Positions 24,474-37,724 of a stretch of 59,065 nucleotides of DNA are shown here, one piece after another; within the stretch, counting starts at the first letter, position 1, and each line of letters opens with the position of its first letter. The stretch spans positions 102,940,221 to 102,999,285 of the forward strand of contig NC_068986.1 in the NCBI RefSeq assembly GCF_001194135.2, in the 5' to 3' direction. The stretch is from Octopus bimaculoides (Eukaryota). The notes beneath the pieces were generated by a model. It was not told the origin of the DNA and did no database searches. It was given only the letters and a program-made list of their open reading frames with translations. The translations under genes and the position numbers were made by a program.

Positions 24474-25142
24474 CTCTGCGTGAGTGTATGTGTGTGAGAA
24501 CTATTCTAACGTATGTGTGGGAGAACCATTAGCTTTTACGATATCAAATTCTACAAAGTAGATCATTGTATGTAACTACATGTCATTTTCATCCTTTATC
24601 TCTTTCTCTAGTAATCACCCTTACATTTTTATATATTTTCCTGCGAAATATTCTCTGACAATTTTCTAAATTTATCAGAAACCAATATTAGGAAAATTAC
24701 TTGTTATATATCGAGTATTTCTTTGGTGGAATTTTAAAAGGTAAGACATGAATAATGTGAATGTGAATTGCATTATGTTAAGGAAAGAAGAAAAAAATGC
24801 AAAAAAATATACGTTTAAGGATGCATAATATAATGGAGAAAAAATAACATAGAATATTGCAATATATGAATGAAGAAAAAATGAGATGGAGCACTATATC
24901 ACTGCAGTTAAATATGCTGAAAAATGAATTGTGGTACAAAATAAAGCATTAATATGAATAAAAATTACGTGAACAGAAATGATAAATAGAAAATTAAACA
25001 GATATAAGATAGATGAGATAGGATAAAAGAGACGTGATAAGGATGGTTTTGTATGTATGTATATATATGCATCTATGTATGTGTGTAAGTATATACATAT
25101 TTATGTATATGTATATATACATATATATACACACACACACAC

Positions 25143-25220
<78 letters not shown>

Positions 25221-25449
25221 ATGTATATATATATATTTATGTGCTTGTGGATAAATATATGTGCGTGCGTGTTGTGTCTGTGACTAAGTATATGTACGTA
25301 TCTGTATAAAATTGCTTTGTTACATAACACGCCCTGCTCACGTATGTATAAGTGTATGCACACAGCATATACACATGCATGTATGCATACAAATATACAT
25401 ATATGTGTGCGTGCATGTGCATGTATGTATATATGTAAAAGTCTAAGTG

Positions 25450-25880
25450 TTTATCTGGCTTCTTAAAGTCAATGTCTCCCCTGCACCTGGTGCCATTTCG
25501 TCTTATCTCCTGTCCCTTTCATGAAACGCTCACAAACCTGTTGTCTTCATCTTTCTATATTTTCGTCCCTCTTTCCTAACACTATGAAGCTGTTTCTCTG
25601 GATTTCCTTTCCATACTTAGTGTAGACCATCAGTTCTTTTGATCGGGATACATCTTATTTCCATTCGTATTTCCTCTATTTGACACTTACCATTGTCATT
25701 TGACCTTTCCCTAACATGCATCTGTCCATACTTGTTTACTTTATAATCTCTTTGTATTTGACCCTCATATCTCTGTTCCGTATATCACCGCTGGTAGGAC
25801 GTGCTGAAAAACAAACTGTACTTTCTTTGGCATAGTGGATTCATAACCTCTTTTATGTCTTGAACGCGCTTTAGCATGTT
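25450..25880 (-). mobile_element. RTE-like LINE RT C-terminal remnant
   Basis: Minus strand VFQHVLPAVIYGTEI* resembles the VLP.L.YG.ETW motif. Confidence 0.6.
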
Positions 25881-26190
25881 ATATTCCTTTTCTCTATAAA
25901 CTTCCAACACCTGATTATTGTTAAACGGCAGAAAAGTTGGATGTTTCTGCTAATTAACGAATTGTAAATACACATGTGGCTACACGCTTTTGCGCTTCCA
26001 GGGCTACTCTGAAACATGATATCGCATCTACAAAAGGGTACGATGCGTTCAAAGGATGAATTGTCATGATCCCATTTATTTTAACAAAAGCCCAATTTTC
26101 AATTTATAGCTATATTACTGCATTCTAGTTTTACCAGTTACCCTAATATAAATCTGTCTCAAAATACTGTTTTTATAGTTGATGCAAACG

Positions 26191-26573
26191 GTTGGCACTC
26201 CGTCGGTTACGACGACGAGGGTTCCAGTTGATCCGATCAACGGAACAGCCTGCTCGTGAAATTAACGTGCAAGTGGCTGAGCACTCCACAGACACGTGTG
26301 CCTTTAACGTAGTTCTCGGGGAAATTCAGCGTGACACAGAGTGTGACAAGGCTGGCCCTTTGAATTACAGGCACAACAGAAACAGGAAGTAAGAGTGAGA
26401 GACAGTTGTGGTGAAAGAGTACAGCAGGGTTCGCCACCATCCCCTGCCGGTGCCTCGTGGAACTTTAGGTTTTTTCGCTCAATAAACACTCACAACGCCC
26501 GGTCTGAGAATCGAAACTGCGATCCTACGACCGCGAGTTCGCTGCCCTAACCACTGGGACATTGTGCCTCCAC
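26191..26573 (-). mobile_element. tRNA-derived SINE family S3, full length
   Basis: Reverse complement of 49302-49672; A box TGTCCCAGTGG, B box GTTTCGATTCT. Confidence 0.9.
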
Positions 26574-26589
26574 CTTTATTTAGTATCAC

Positions 26590-26830
26590 GTGGTTATTTC
26601 TTTCAGTATGCAGTTCCCTTAGTGCTTATTCCAAACAACTCAAATGCACTTCACGAACTTCATCACAAATGGCTTTAAAATCCACTGTTTATTTTCATTC
26701 CTTCTATTTTGCCCTCATTGTTCTTGTCAATATTCCCCTCCAGTTCAGCAATAACGAATCTGGATGGTACCCCCTCTTGCCATATCCCACTTCCAACGCT
26801 GACGAATTTATTTTGCAACGTGATGAGTAA
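26590..26830 (-). mobile_element. Possible RTE-type endonuclease remnant
   Basis: Minus strand GSGIW...PSRFVIAELEGN resembles the GVGI...S.RI...RF.G region. Confidence 0.25.
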
Positions 26831-26860
26831 GAAACGATGTTATTGGCTATCCTGTTCCTT

Positions 26861-27075
26861 CTTATCATTTCAAAGCGGCCATTCTGGAGCACCGCCCGAA
26901 AGTGTCTTTTGTTAAAAGAAATCGACCTAGGACTTTCTCTTTGTAAGCCTAGTACTTATTTTATTGGTGTCTTTTGCGAACTGCTAAGTTGCGGGGACGT
27001 AAACACATCAACATCGGTTGGCAACCGATGGTGGGGGAATAAACACAGACTAAAAGACACAAACACATAAATACA
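26861..27075 (-). mobile_element. 3' half of SINE family S1
   Basis: GCGGCCATTCTGGAGCACCGCC tail and GGGGACGTAAACACATCAACATCGGTTG core. Confidence 0.75.
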
Positions 27076-27279
27076 CACACACACATATACACACACAGAG
27101 ACACACAAACACACACATACATATACATATATATATATATTTGAAGGTTTGGAGGTGATGTACAGAAATTATATATAAAAAATTAAGGTACTCAGAAACC
27201 TGGATGTTTGTACATTTACAGATTTTTATTATTGTCACATATTAAATGAAGCGCTTTTCACCTAGTCGTGTAGGTTTTT

Positions 27280-27329
<50 letters not shown>

Positions 27330-27401
27330 TGTATATAAATTAACAGAATGAGATAAAAAGAAATTAACGTTGTGAATAGTTTTTAGAACATTCATAAGGA
27401 A

Positions 27402-27449
27402 GTCTTACAGCTGTTCCAGTGATATTATACATATCCTTTCTTCAGAGAC
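27402..27449 (-). ncRNA. Degenerate type-I hammerhead ribozyme (P1 copy B)
   Basis: GTCT-CTGAAGA-A-AGGATAT-gtata-ATATCaCT-G-GAAC-AGCT-GTA^AGAC; perfect helix I (GTCT/AGAC) and CUGANGA, one A lost from GAAA. Confidence 0.65.
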
Positions 27450-27499
27450 GTCATAAGGATGGGTTTGTATGTGTGTGTATATATATGCATTCGCACCAT

Positions 27500-27960
27500 G
27501 CGAGGGAAGAAACAAAATCTCTTTGCCCCTTAGGGCTGGCTCGCTTTTAAAGAGGGCGATGATGTCTAGCGACTTTGAGTAAGTCCTTAATACCACCGTC
27601 CTCTTTTCAAAGGCTTTCATCCACTGTTTGGATGGGACAATATTCCACTCCAACGTAGTGTTGTTTATCTTTCTTGCTATTTTGTGCTTTTGGAAAAAGT
27701 TCACAAAAAAACAAAAGTTCACAGAGTTAAAAAAAATGCAGGTAGGAAGGAAGAAGACAGGAAACAGTTCAAAAACACTGCGAACTATTTTCCTGGCCAT
27801 CCTGGTACTCCCGGCCAATTCAGTAATCCACTTGGTAATCCAGTGCACAAAACAGTCATACAGCGAATTCACCAAAAATTGGTAAAAAATAAGCACAATT
27901 ATAGGAGGATGGATACACCCCAAAACACATTTCTCACCGCTAAATAAGACTTTAAAATAC
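27500..27960 (-). mobile_element. Possible L1/Tx1-like coding remnant
   Basis: Long open minus frame (WITKWITELAG...LEWNIVPSKQWMKAF...KSL) loosely like Tx1 post-RT regions; no decisive motif. Confidence 0.2.
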
Positions 27961-28164
27961 AACTACAGCCAGACATGCATGGAACTCAGTGAAGATTTCT
28001 TGTTCGACAAAAATAAATAAACACGAGCAATAAACCCACACTGAATCCTCAAAAATCAAATGTCTTACCTTGTAGTTGTTGTTCACTTGTTCAATAATAC
28101 ACGACGTTGGTGTCGTAACTCCTATCAGTGCAAAAAAGAAAACACTGACCAACGCATGCGCGAG

Positions 28165-28203
28165 GGAGCAAGCTTCTTACCACACAGCCACGCCTGCACC
28201 TAG
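28165..28203 (-). mobile_element. 5' head fragment of SINE family S1
   Basis: GCAAGCTTCTTACCACACAGCCACGCCTGCACC is the reverse complement of the S1 head. Confidence 0.7.
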
Positions 28204-28299
28204 AGAAATTTTATATAAGTTTTAAAAGTCGTTTAGCTACCCTTAAATAGTGTAGTCATTGCTGTAGGAAGGGTCACTATAAACTAAGACCGCTCTTTA

Positions 28300-28800
28300 G
28301 ACGATGAGATTACTATACGAATAAAATTTACCACTGATGGTCCTTGCTGTTCTGAAGGGTCGTGTCTTATCTCGTAGAGGCTTGGAAAATAACGCCAAGA
28401 TGACAATCTGCAATGCCTAGCTACTAACATGATCATTATTTTCGGGCGAAAGATAGGAAGTGTACCACCATCACTTGAAAAAGTTTTGAGTGCTTTTCTC
28501 GGCACTGTTTGAGAAATAACCTGAGCATCCACAGGAGGACTCATATCCTTGAAACGCAGGTTTTAGAAAGAGCTACTGCACTAAGTATGGATGCCCACGT
28601 CGATTATCACCGTATTCGCTGAGTTAGTCATATTTTGCGTCTAGATGACAGCAGATTTCGCAAGTAAATATATCATAGAATAGCGAACTGTCACAAGACA
28701 TTCGACCACAACATAAGCCAAGAAATTGATTCAATAAAAATCTAAAAGAATCACTTGGAATCTGAGAATAATAATGGGAAAACATATCAGGTCTCAGGAA
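28300..28800 (+). mobile_element. RTE/BovB-like LINE 3' coding remnant
   Basis: FSRHCLRNNLSIHRRTHILETQVLERATALSMDAHVDYHRIR*VSHILRLDDSRFRK matches F..RCLR.IL.I...V...EVLERA...S......RW.GHV.RM.D.R.PK. Confidence 0.8.
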
Positions 28801-30254
28801 AACCTAGAAGCAAAGAGTCTATCTATAATGGAATGAGCTTATTCTAGGGAAATGCAAACGAGTAGTCACGTATCAAATCAGTACGAAAATGCAATTCCCC
28901 TAATCCTACTGTTCTTCACCGATTCCACGAAGTCAGAAGCCGTATATGGATGTCTCGCGAATATCTATTGAGCTACCAGAGAATCCACACAGAAAGACAT
29001 GTTAGAAACTACAACGACTTTCTTGCTGAGGCCAACCCCACAAGCACTGTCTGCTACAAAACGTGTGTGAATCGCACAGGTTTATCGAAGCGAATGAGGG
29101 TGAACAGAGGTAAATAATTAGTTATCGTGGGTGGGGGTCGTGAGTAGCGTGGTTAAGGAGCGCTACGTAGGATGGTAGTATAAGTGTGCGCGTGTGTTTG
29201 CGTTTGTATTTCTGTTTGTGTGTATGAAGGTGTATGTATGAGTGTGTGTGCATGAGTGTGTACGAGTGTGGGTATGGTTATTATTCTTATGTTAGTTTCG
29301 GAATAACAACGTTGCAATTATTAAACTAAGAATAGAAGTAAATTTAGATTATTAACGGCGAATAAAGGTGCATATGTACAGATAAGGCTTGTATGTGATT
29401 GTATCTATATTAGTGTGTACGAAAAAATCACAACAGAGATTGGATCGGAGAGCATTCTATAAACTATAATGATTTCTTGAGTGAAGCGTAACATTTTTTT
29501 ATTGGTTGATTTTCGTTGTATTCGATGTCCTTACTTGACTAGATCTTCTCTGTTCCTTAGTTTAATTCAGATAGAAGAACCACTATCTCCATGCTGTGAC
29601 AAATAAATTTTCTATTTCCTTTGTTCTGATGGTGTTCAGAGCTCCAGTCTATTTGTTTTGTGTTTTTGTTTTTGAGATTTCGGTATATTTAGCATTTCAT
29701 ATAGGAGTATAAAATGAAATGTTGAGGCAGATCTGCTTTGCATTTAGCTACATGCAGATTGTGGTTCCTAAATATGGAAACGCATTTGAATGTTACGAGA
29801 AAATAATTACTTTAAGTTTTGCACATATTAATAGATATTTTATTGGAAGCAGATAACGGGGAAAAAAACGAACAGACAGATGGGATGTGAGTTCTCAGAA
29901 TTATAGAATGTAACTAAATATTGCCATTCCTATTTCAAATGTTGTCGTCAGCATTTGTTCCTGTAAATATTTCCTTAACATGGCATATCGTCTGAAATGT
30001 GTAGTACTTGTTATATCCAATTAAATTCCCTTCTGTATAATACTTTACTGACACCCAGCTATCGAAAAATCATAACCTCCATGATAAGATGTTATCACAA
30101 TTTTGTGCGAAAGAAATCTAAAATAGGAGAGTATTGTAGTTCGCTTGAAGCATTGCGTATTATTTGTTAAGAATAGAAAGTTTTGAATGATACAACAATG
30201 CACTATGATACAAAAAATGGACTATATACCTGTTGTAATTTAGTTATCTATAGT

Positions 30255-30292
30255 CCGGTAATATTTCGGAATGCAATTCCTTCTTCAGATAT
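30255..30292 (-). ncRNA. Candidate hammerhead core in a further PLE-like family
   Basis: CTGAAGA-A-GGAAT-tgc-ATTCC-GAAA-TA-TT; perfect 5-bp helix II, palindromic ATAT helix III, but helix I does not form. Confidence 0.4.
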
Positions 30293-31554
30293 TCTTAGAT
30301 AGAGTCGCTGCTATAATCTGTTTGTAATACTTCAGATGTATTACAAATGCAAATCCCTTTACCCGAAATGATTGTGTTCTTTCTCTTCTCTTTCCTCTTT
30401 TATTCCTTTTAATTGTTCTCTGCTCCATCTTTTCTGTCACCTCTCCATGTCCCTCTCTCACAGCCCTTTCTCTCACTCTCTTTCTCTCTCTGTTCACATT
30501 TCCCCGATTCAAATTGACCCGAGTTTCGATCTGTAGACGACGTTCTGTGACCCATAGGCATACGGATATAAAATTATAGGACCTATATGTTCCATCATAT
30601 GCCTTGAATAACATTAATAATAAAGAATCTCGCACTTCATTATTTTCATACTAATGAAAACATACGTATAAATACATGAATATTTTCATGTTTATGTAAG
30701 CACAGCATATTCTTACCATGTCATACGTAACAGATCGTTATTTCTTAATGTCTTATCTTCATAAACTACTAGTCAGATTTTGACCAAACTATTTGAGCAT
30801 TTGTTTATCCAAGTGTTTATGGGCGAGAATGTGATCTACTATGTTGGATTCGGCTGTGATTTGTATTTTTAATACAAGTTTATACTTTATTTGTCCATAT
30901 GTGTTTTTTTCTTTTAGGGCAAAGTTTAGGCGAGAAAATTAGAAATTTTGTTAAATCGTTTGTGGTATACAAATGTAAATGTTCACTTACTAGAAACTGT
31001 CTGGTATAAGGATATCATTGTAAACATTACCGTGAATAACACCAATTAATTGCTGACGATTATGTGAAGTCATACTTTAGAAACAAATATATTAAAGTAA
31101 GCTACTAATATGTGTCTTCTATAAGTCTGACGCAGTTTTCCAAACTCAGAGCAACGACACGTTTGTTTTATTGGTTTTGTATTTTCATTGGGTGATTCAG
31201 GTCTAAAGAAAATATTGTCTTAGGAATTTTGGTAGCCTTTTGCTTTCAAATATTTTGTGTATTTCGAGTGCTTTTATTTTCATTTTCGGTTTTGCTTCAA
31301 GAATGAAATGTTTTGAATGCTAAAGCTTTGTGTCAATTACTGAAATAATTAAGTTCATCTTATATGATAATGTTTTGCAACATGAATTGAAGCAACTTCT
31401 ATAAATATCTATTATTTAACTGGGAGCGTTTGTTGGTATGAGATTTCTTTGCAGAATTTTTGAAGACAGAAATGTATGGCTTCTGTTCCATAATTGTGTG
31501 AGATTGTAATGTATAGGTACATTTCAACAAATGATACAATGATAACATTTTCAA

Positions 31555-31556
<2 letters not shown>

Positions 31557-31640
<84 letters not shown>

Positions 31641-31680
31641 GCCTTTCTTTCTCACCCTCTCTCTCTCTATCTATCTATAT
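31557..31680. repeat. (CT)n microsatellite
   Basis: Direct reading. Confidence 0.95.
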
Positions 31681-31978
31681 ACACACACACAATCGCGCAC
31701 TATATAAATGATAAGACGTTGAAACGTAAATACACTACGCCAAAATCTTTCGTTTGGCTTTTTGAGTACAATTAAACATAAAGAATCGAAAGCAGACAAG
31801 GCGATGTGGTAAAGGATAAGCTTCGAATGATAAATGACATATTTTATATTTAATATAGGATGTTACATTCAAAACGGTCCCTCACTTGCATATATACTTG
31901 TGTATAATTGCACAAGTACATCTACCTTTTGATTTTCATCTAATCTCTGTAAATTAAAAGAGACACTGTTGTGTTTTA

Positions 31979-32131
31979 CAGTTCTATATATAAGATATGA
32001 GGAATTATGTACATTATTTACATTATTTACGTTCGACGGATATTTGTCCTCATCTTGTTTGTTGTTAACAACAAGCAAGTTGAGGACAAATATCCGTCGA
32101 ATGTAACTAATGTAAATAATGTAAATATTAC
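31979..32131. mobile_element. Foldback insertion of the S5/PLE-like tail with 9-bp TSD
   Basis: Hairpin 32011-32122 centred on 32066/32067 (56-bp arms, few mismatches); TGTGTTTTA at 31970-31978 and 32132-32140; homologous to 55285-55337. Confidence 0.8.
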
Positions 32132-33229
32132 TGTGTTTTATTTTGGTTTACTTTTGCGTTCTACTTTTACATTCAGTATTTTGTCTGTTGTATGGAATTA
32201 AGATTCAGAAGCTGAACGGAGGTTTGTTACATATCTACGTCTATAAGCCATTCTCTTCTTAAGAGGTTTTAGCCAAGATAATCTCACTAATCTAACTTAA
32301 TCCATATCTACACCGGTTCCTCGGTAACATCCTCGGACAGTTTGCTAAACATACGTAATCGCCAGTGCAGAAGGAAAGCCTTTTAATAAATCAGCAATAT
32401 TGAATAGGCATTATCTTGAATGAGAGTTAGAGTTGCTTATTTTGAAGTGGGACGAATGGCAAAATCGTGAGCACTGGTTCTCGTGTGGTAGTGGATTTTG
32501 TCATAGAAGTATTATCTAATGAATCGATGTAACAAAATCACTGGTTCTTAATTCCGACTAAACAGTTGTACAAATGATCTGCCGTGTTTTAAACACAAAG
32601 AATAAGCGTACTGGAACCTGGAATCCTTCTCTCAGAAAATACTGAATTATTATTTTAGTTTGTAGCAGAAACACAGGATGGTGGAATAGTACAAAATCTC
32701 CATGTTAGTTTTTAGTTCTGCTGTAGCGCAAATCATTTAAATGGTTTCAATACTGTAGGAGAATATAGGACTAAATTCTAAATAGAATTTATCACTTGAA
32801 TATTTTATGGGGAAAATTTAAACGGTGTAAGAAAATCTCTCATCAAATCTTAAGGAATCAGTAATTGTGTTTGTAAAGCACCTGTACATAATGCAAATGA
32901 TGGCATAAAATATTGTTTCAGCTGCTGCAATAGCAGTTTATTCTATTGCAGAAAATATATAAAAACACTTATTGGTAATGTGAATTTGACGCTTGGCAGT
33001 AACAATGAATGGAACAGATGATGTATTTGCACGGGCTTGAAGATGCTAACAAAAATAACGCAAAATGATTGGTTTTTGTGTAGTGAACTATCTCAGCCCC
33101 GAAGGCAATTTACTTAGGCACAACGATATTCACAAATATGCTGAGACATGAGAAAAAGAAATATCATAATCAAATACAACATATTTTAAGCTACGCCAAA
33201 TGTCGCTGGTAAAGATAGAACATATCGAA

Positions 33230-34000
33230 GCGAAAATATCGGAAGTGACTCATAGATATAGAAAGAATTGAGATAAGTCTTAAAGCTCAATTAAAGAAAT
33301 AGATTAGCGCGCTTGATACAGAAAAGTTGAAGGATGATTGATTTGAAGATGGATTTATTATTGAATGTCGAAATCGATATGTTGTGCTAGAAGCCATAGT
33401 GGATATGCTTTCGAAGTCAGTGGCGCGTGGGAGAATTTAACAAAGGCATATGGGAATATAGCAAATGGTGTTCTGTGCACAAGAAAGATAAAAAGAGAAA
33501 TGGATTTCGAGGGAAACAGGAGAAATAATTGAGATATGAAGTAAACCAAACGTGAAGGTTGAAATCGGGAGAGGAACATTAAAATGAAAAGAGCTGAAGA
33601 GCTGATATTCAACAGAGAGGTGAAAAGGTTTTCAAGAATAGATAAAAGAATGTCTTAGAATGTACAAGCTGACAAAATATATAAATGTCATAAACAGGTA
33701 AGAGGGGTAAGAGGGATCAGAAAAACTTATAAAATAATAAATGAGATTAGTTGTGAAGAAAAGTGTTGAAAAAGACAACTTGCAATGAATGGGAGCGCAT
33801 GAAATCTGATATGATAATCCACAAAAGATGGGATCGAAACAATATTTTAAAACAGTCATAAACGGGATGTTTAATCAAAGAAATTATTCTATTCATGAAA
33901 TACTATAAGCAGCTACATAAATGGATGTGCATTAAAAGAAATAAGCAAGTTGTCCAAAGATGTCAAACGCTTGGACATTACTTGGCCGAGAAAAAATACT
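33230..34000 (+). mobile_element. RTE LINE remnant (end of endonuclease and linker)
   Basis: ENIGSD (APE C-terminal D.GSDH) followed by FIIECRNRYVVLE (F..EL.NRF..L); many stops. Confidence 0.55.
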
Positions 34001-35483
34001 GAGTGAAGGAGATAACGACTTGAAAGAGAAGCAAACAAACAAGCATATGTATCGTACAGCATTGTCAAAGTTGCTGACAACAGAATTGAACCTTTTTATG
34101 GTTATTTCTGTTCATCTTCATCTGCTCCTTTTGTAAATTTGTAAATAAGTGAAATATTGAATGCAATGAAATAAACTCTTTTCATTTTTTCCAAGTCTGT
34201 TGTTGGAATATGTGGATATATTTACAATCACACTTAGCAACTTTGTTTATTATCTCCGATACAGCGAAACTGTAGCTGTTTACGTACTTGGGACTTATAG
34301 AAGTCTTGCATAAAGAAAACAGAAAACAGTAAAGAGTTTTAGATTGTAGGCATACTTAGTTATCTAGTATACGATATTGCAATAACCTTTGGACCTGTGT
34401 ATTTTTACTGAAATCCGTTTGTGGGTTGATAACAAAGCGCTTAAAATTGTGTAGCTTTAAAGAACATTCTTCCTTTTATTCTTTTAATAGGTTCAGTCGC
34501 GGACTGCAGCCATCCTAGGATGTGATTCTTCAACATACAGAAAAATTAAAACAAAACACGTGGGTGAAAACAATCTCGTGGTGTGAAGAATCAAGCGTAT
34601 AAAATCAACATAGACAACAGCGAAGTGAACCACGAAGTCGCAGACAACAGGGAAGTGAAGCACAACACAGCGGGCTGTTTTCCTGGTAACAAGCTGTTAA
34701 TTCCACGCAGTCTATTGATTGGTTAAAATTACCAAATTTCCCAAATTTAATTCCAAATAACATTGGATCATTCCATTTAGGAGATAATCAAAATTGAGAA
34801 TTGCATCGATACCCCAAAATTGAAAGCAATCTTAGCAACAATAAAGGGGGCTCATTTTGCGAGTGACAAGCAGTAGATCCGATGATCATTCGTTTGTCCG
34901 ACCAGAGGAAACTCTAGTGTTCTTGCAATAAAAAGGACGTTTACATTTTCAGAAAGAAAGGAAAGAAAAGTGTAAAATTGTCACAGAAAATTGTTGATAC
35001 AAAAGTTTTTGAAATTTCTAAAGATGATTGCTTGTATGTCTTCCGGACAACCTCTATACAACGTCTCATCCGTTTGCAATATTGAGTTATAATTAGAGTC
35101 CTAGACTGCTTTGAGAACGTTTTCATCATCAGCTTTGGCTTGGTGACAAGGGCTGAAGTCATATTTGAACGATTTCCAAGTAACTGTAATGGTCTTAATA
35201 TATTCCCTGAGAGACTGTTGATAAACGATGTCCCAGAAGAGAGAAAAGATGGCTGCAAATGGCTGACACCTAATATGTAAAATCTCCATGCAGCCATTCC
35301 CCTAGATTTTCTATTAAACTAATACGAGTGCATGGCCATGTAGTTATGATATATTATTCCGTAATCAGTTTTATCCAAATACGTGGAAAATTCTAAGCAT
35401 ATCACATTTATTTTTCATTAATTGAGTTTTTGCTTCAATGCTCAGACACAATGTAGTACACGCTGTGTCAGGCAGCTACTTCT

Positions 35484-35547
35484 AAGTTGCGTGTCTGAGA
35501 AGTTGAGTGTCTGAGAAGTTGCGTGTCTGAGAAGTTGCGTGTCTGAA
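35484..35547. repeat. 16-bp tandem repeat AAGTTGCGTGTCTGAG x4
   Basis: Direct reading. Confidence 0.95.
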
Positions 35548-35780
35548 AATATCTGGAGTGGTTTTACAAAAGCTTTCATGCCATCATAACGAAAACAGGA
35601 AAGCCACCACGACGCTTCGCTGAAATAAACTTCAATTCCATGAGTTGCCGATATTATCCGCCCCAATTTCTTTCGATTTAAAAGATCTTTTCTTCTTCCT
35701 TGCACAGATCGGCGATGTTGAATAACACATTACAATAACATATATATATCTATATATATATCTATGCATGTACGTATGTG

Positions 35781-35817
<37 letters not shown>

Positions 35818-36704
35818 NNNNNNNNNNNNNNNNNNNNNNNNNNNNNNNNNNNNNNNNNNNNNNNNNNNNNNNNNNNNNNNNNNNNNNNNNNNNNNNNNNN
35901 NNNNNNNNNNNNNNNNNNNNNNNNNNNNNNNNNNNNNNNNNNNNNNNNNNNNNNNNNNNNNNNNNNNNNNNNNNNNNNNNNNNNNNNNNNNNNNNNNNNN
36001 NNNNNNNNNNNNNNNNNNNNNNNNNNNNNNNNNNNNNNNNNNNNNNNNNNNNNNNNNNNNNNNNNNNNNNNNNNNNNNNNNNNNNNNNNNNNNNNNNNNN
36101 NNNNNNNNNNNNNNNNNNNNNNNNNNNNNNNNNNNNNNNNNNNNNNNNNNNNNNNNNNNNNNNNNNNNNNNNNNNNNNNNNNNNNNNNNNNNNNNNNNNN
36201 NNNNNNNNNNNNNNNNNNNNNNNNNNNNNNNNNNNNNNNNNNNNNNNNNNNNNNNNNNNNNNNNNNNNNNNNNNNNNNNNNNNNNNNNNNNNNNNNNNNN
36301 NNNNNNNNNNNNNNNNNNNNNNNNNNNNNNNNNNNNNNNNNNNNNNNNNNNNNNNNNNNNNNNNNNNNNNNNNNNNNNNNNNNNNNNNNNNNNNNNNNNN
36401 NNNNNNNNNNNNNNNNNNNNNNNNNNNNNNNNNNNNNNNNNNNNNNNNNNNNNNNNNNNNNNNNNNNNNNNNNNNNNNNNNNNNNNNNNNNNNNNNNNNN
36501 NNNNNNNNNNNNNNNNNNNNNNNNNNNNNNNNNNNNNNNNNNNNNNNNNNNNNNNNNNNNNNNNNNNNNNNNNNNNNNNNNNNNNNNNNNNNNNNNNNNN
36601 NNNNNNNNNNNNNNNNNNNNNNNNNNNNNNNNNNNNNNNNNNNNNNNNNNNNNNNNNNNNNNNNNNNNNNNNNNNNNNNNNNNNNNNNNNNNNNNNNNNN
36701 NNNN

Positions 36705-36745
<41 letters not shown>

Positions 36746-36809
36746 GTATAAATATATGCAAATATCCATACATATATGTACATACCTACATATATATGTA
36801 TATATACAT

Positions 36810-37112
36810 GCATATATGGGTACAGGACATAACAAACGTAAACTGAATGAGAAAACGAAAAAATAAAAACAAAAACATAGAAAATGAACCTTTTTTTGAA
36901 CAACGAAAAAAATACAAACGAACAGAGAAACGAGACATGCAACATAAAGAACATTCCCCTACATGAATTGTCCCTGTTTCATCGACTCCGTGTTGTCGAA
37001 GGTTTGTTTGTTTTTTTTGTTGTTCGAAGAAAGATTCGTTTTCTAAGTTTTTGTTTTTATGTTTTCGTTTTCTCATTGTCTCTACGTTTTTGATGTCCTG
37101 TACCTATATATG
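36810..37112. mobile_element. Head-to-head inverted pair of P2-related terminal repeats
   Basis: 36810-36905 is the inverse of 37019-37112; the arm shares TCTACGTTTTTG..GTCCTGTACC with the direct repeats at 20091 and 20787. Confidence 0.7.
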
Positions 37113-37397
37113 TATGCATATGTACATATATATGTAGGTGTGTGCATATATGTATGGATATTTTCAACTATTTATATATTATTTATATTATTATTTGATC
37201 GAAAGATATGGCTTTCCAAGTAAAATATAAATATATATATATATATATATATAGTGTAGGTATCAGCTAGAGGGGTTTAATACCTCTAAGGGATAATTAA
37301 ATCCAGAGTCGCTCCTGGTTATTACCGAGGTAGGTACATTCTTTCGAAAGGTTGTACGGTAGCAGGTGGTTTGGATGGTAAACCGACGTTTAGGCTA

Positions 37398-37632
37398 TAT
37401 TGGAGTAGAAAATGGATATAATAACTTTGAGAAACTCATGATTTTCGCTGGTATGTCTTTAATTAATTAGATAACAAAGAAATTGAATTAATTAGATAAC
37501 ATGGTAAAATGAAATGATCGTAAATGCTACCTTCATTTATGCTTCTTCCTTCTTTGTTATCTAATTAATTAAAGATATACCAGCGAAAACCACAAGATTC
37601 CCAAGTTATTAAATCCATTTTCTTCTCCAATA
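37398..37632. mobile_element. MITE with ~85-bp TIRs and TA flanks
   Basis: TATTGGAGTAGAAAATGGAT...TTAATTAATTAGATAACAAAGAA is the inverse of 37550-37632; TA on both sides. Confidence 0.8.
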
Positions 37633-37724
37633 TATATATATATGATAAAGTATAAAATTGCTAAAAATGTTATCAGCGGTCAGCATATAAAAATAGACCT
37701 ATCAAAGTGAAATCTTATATGTAA

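Noticed and set aside
34941-35297. 118-aa minus-strand ORF
   Set aside because: No recognisable domain; overlapping frames suggest a decayed unclassified repeat rather than a gene.
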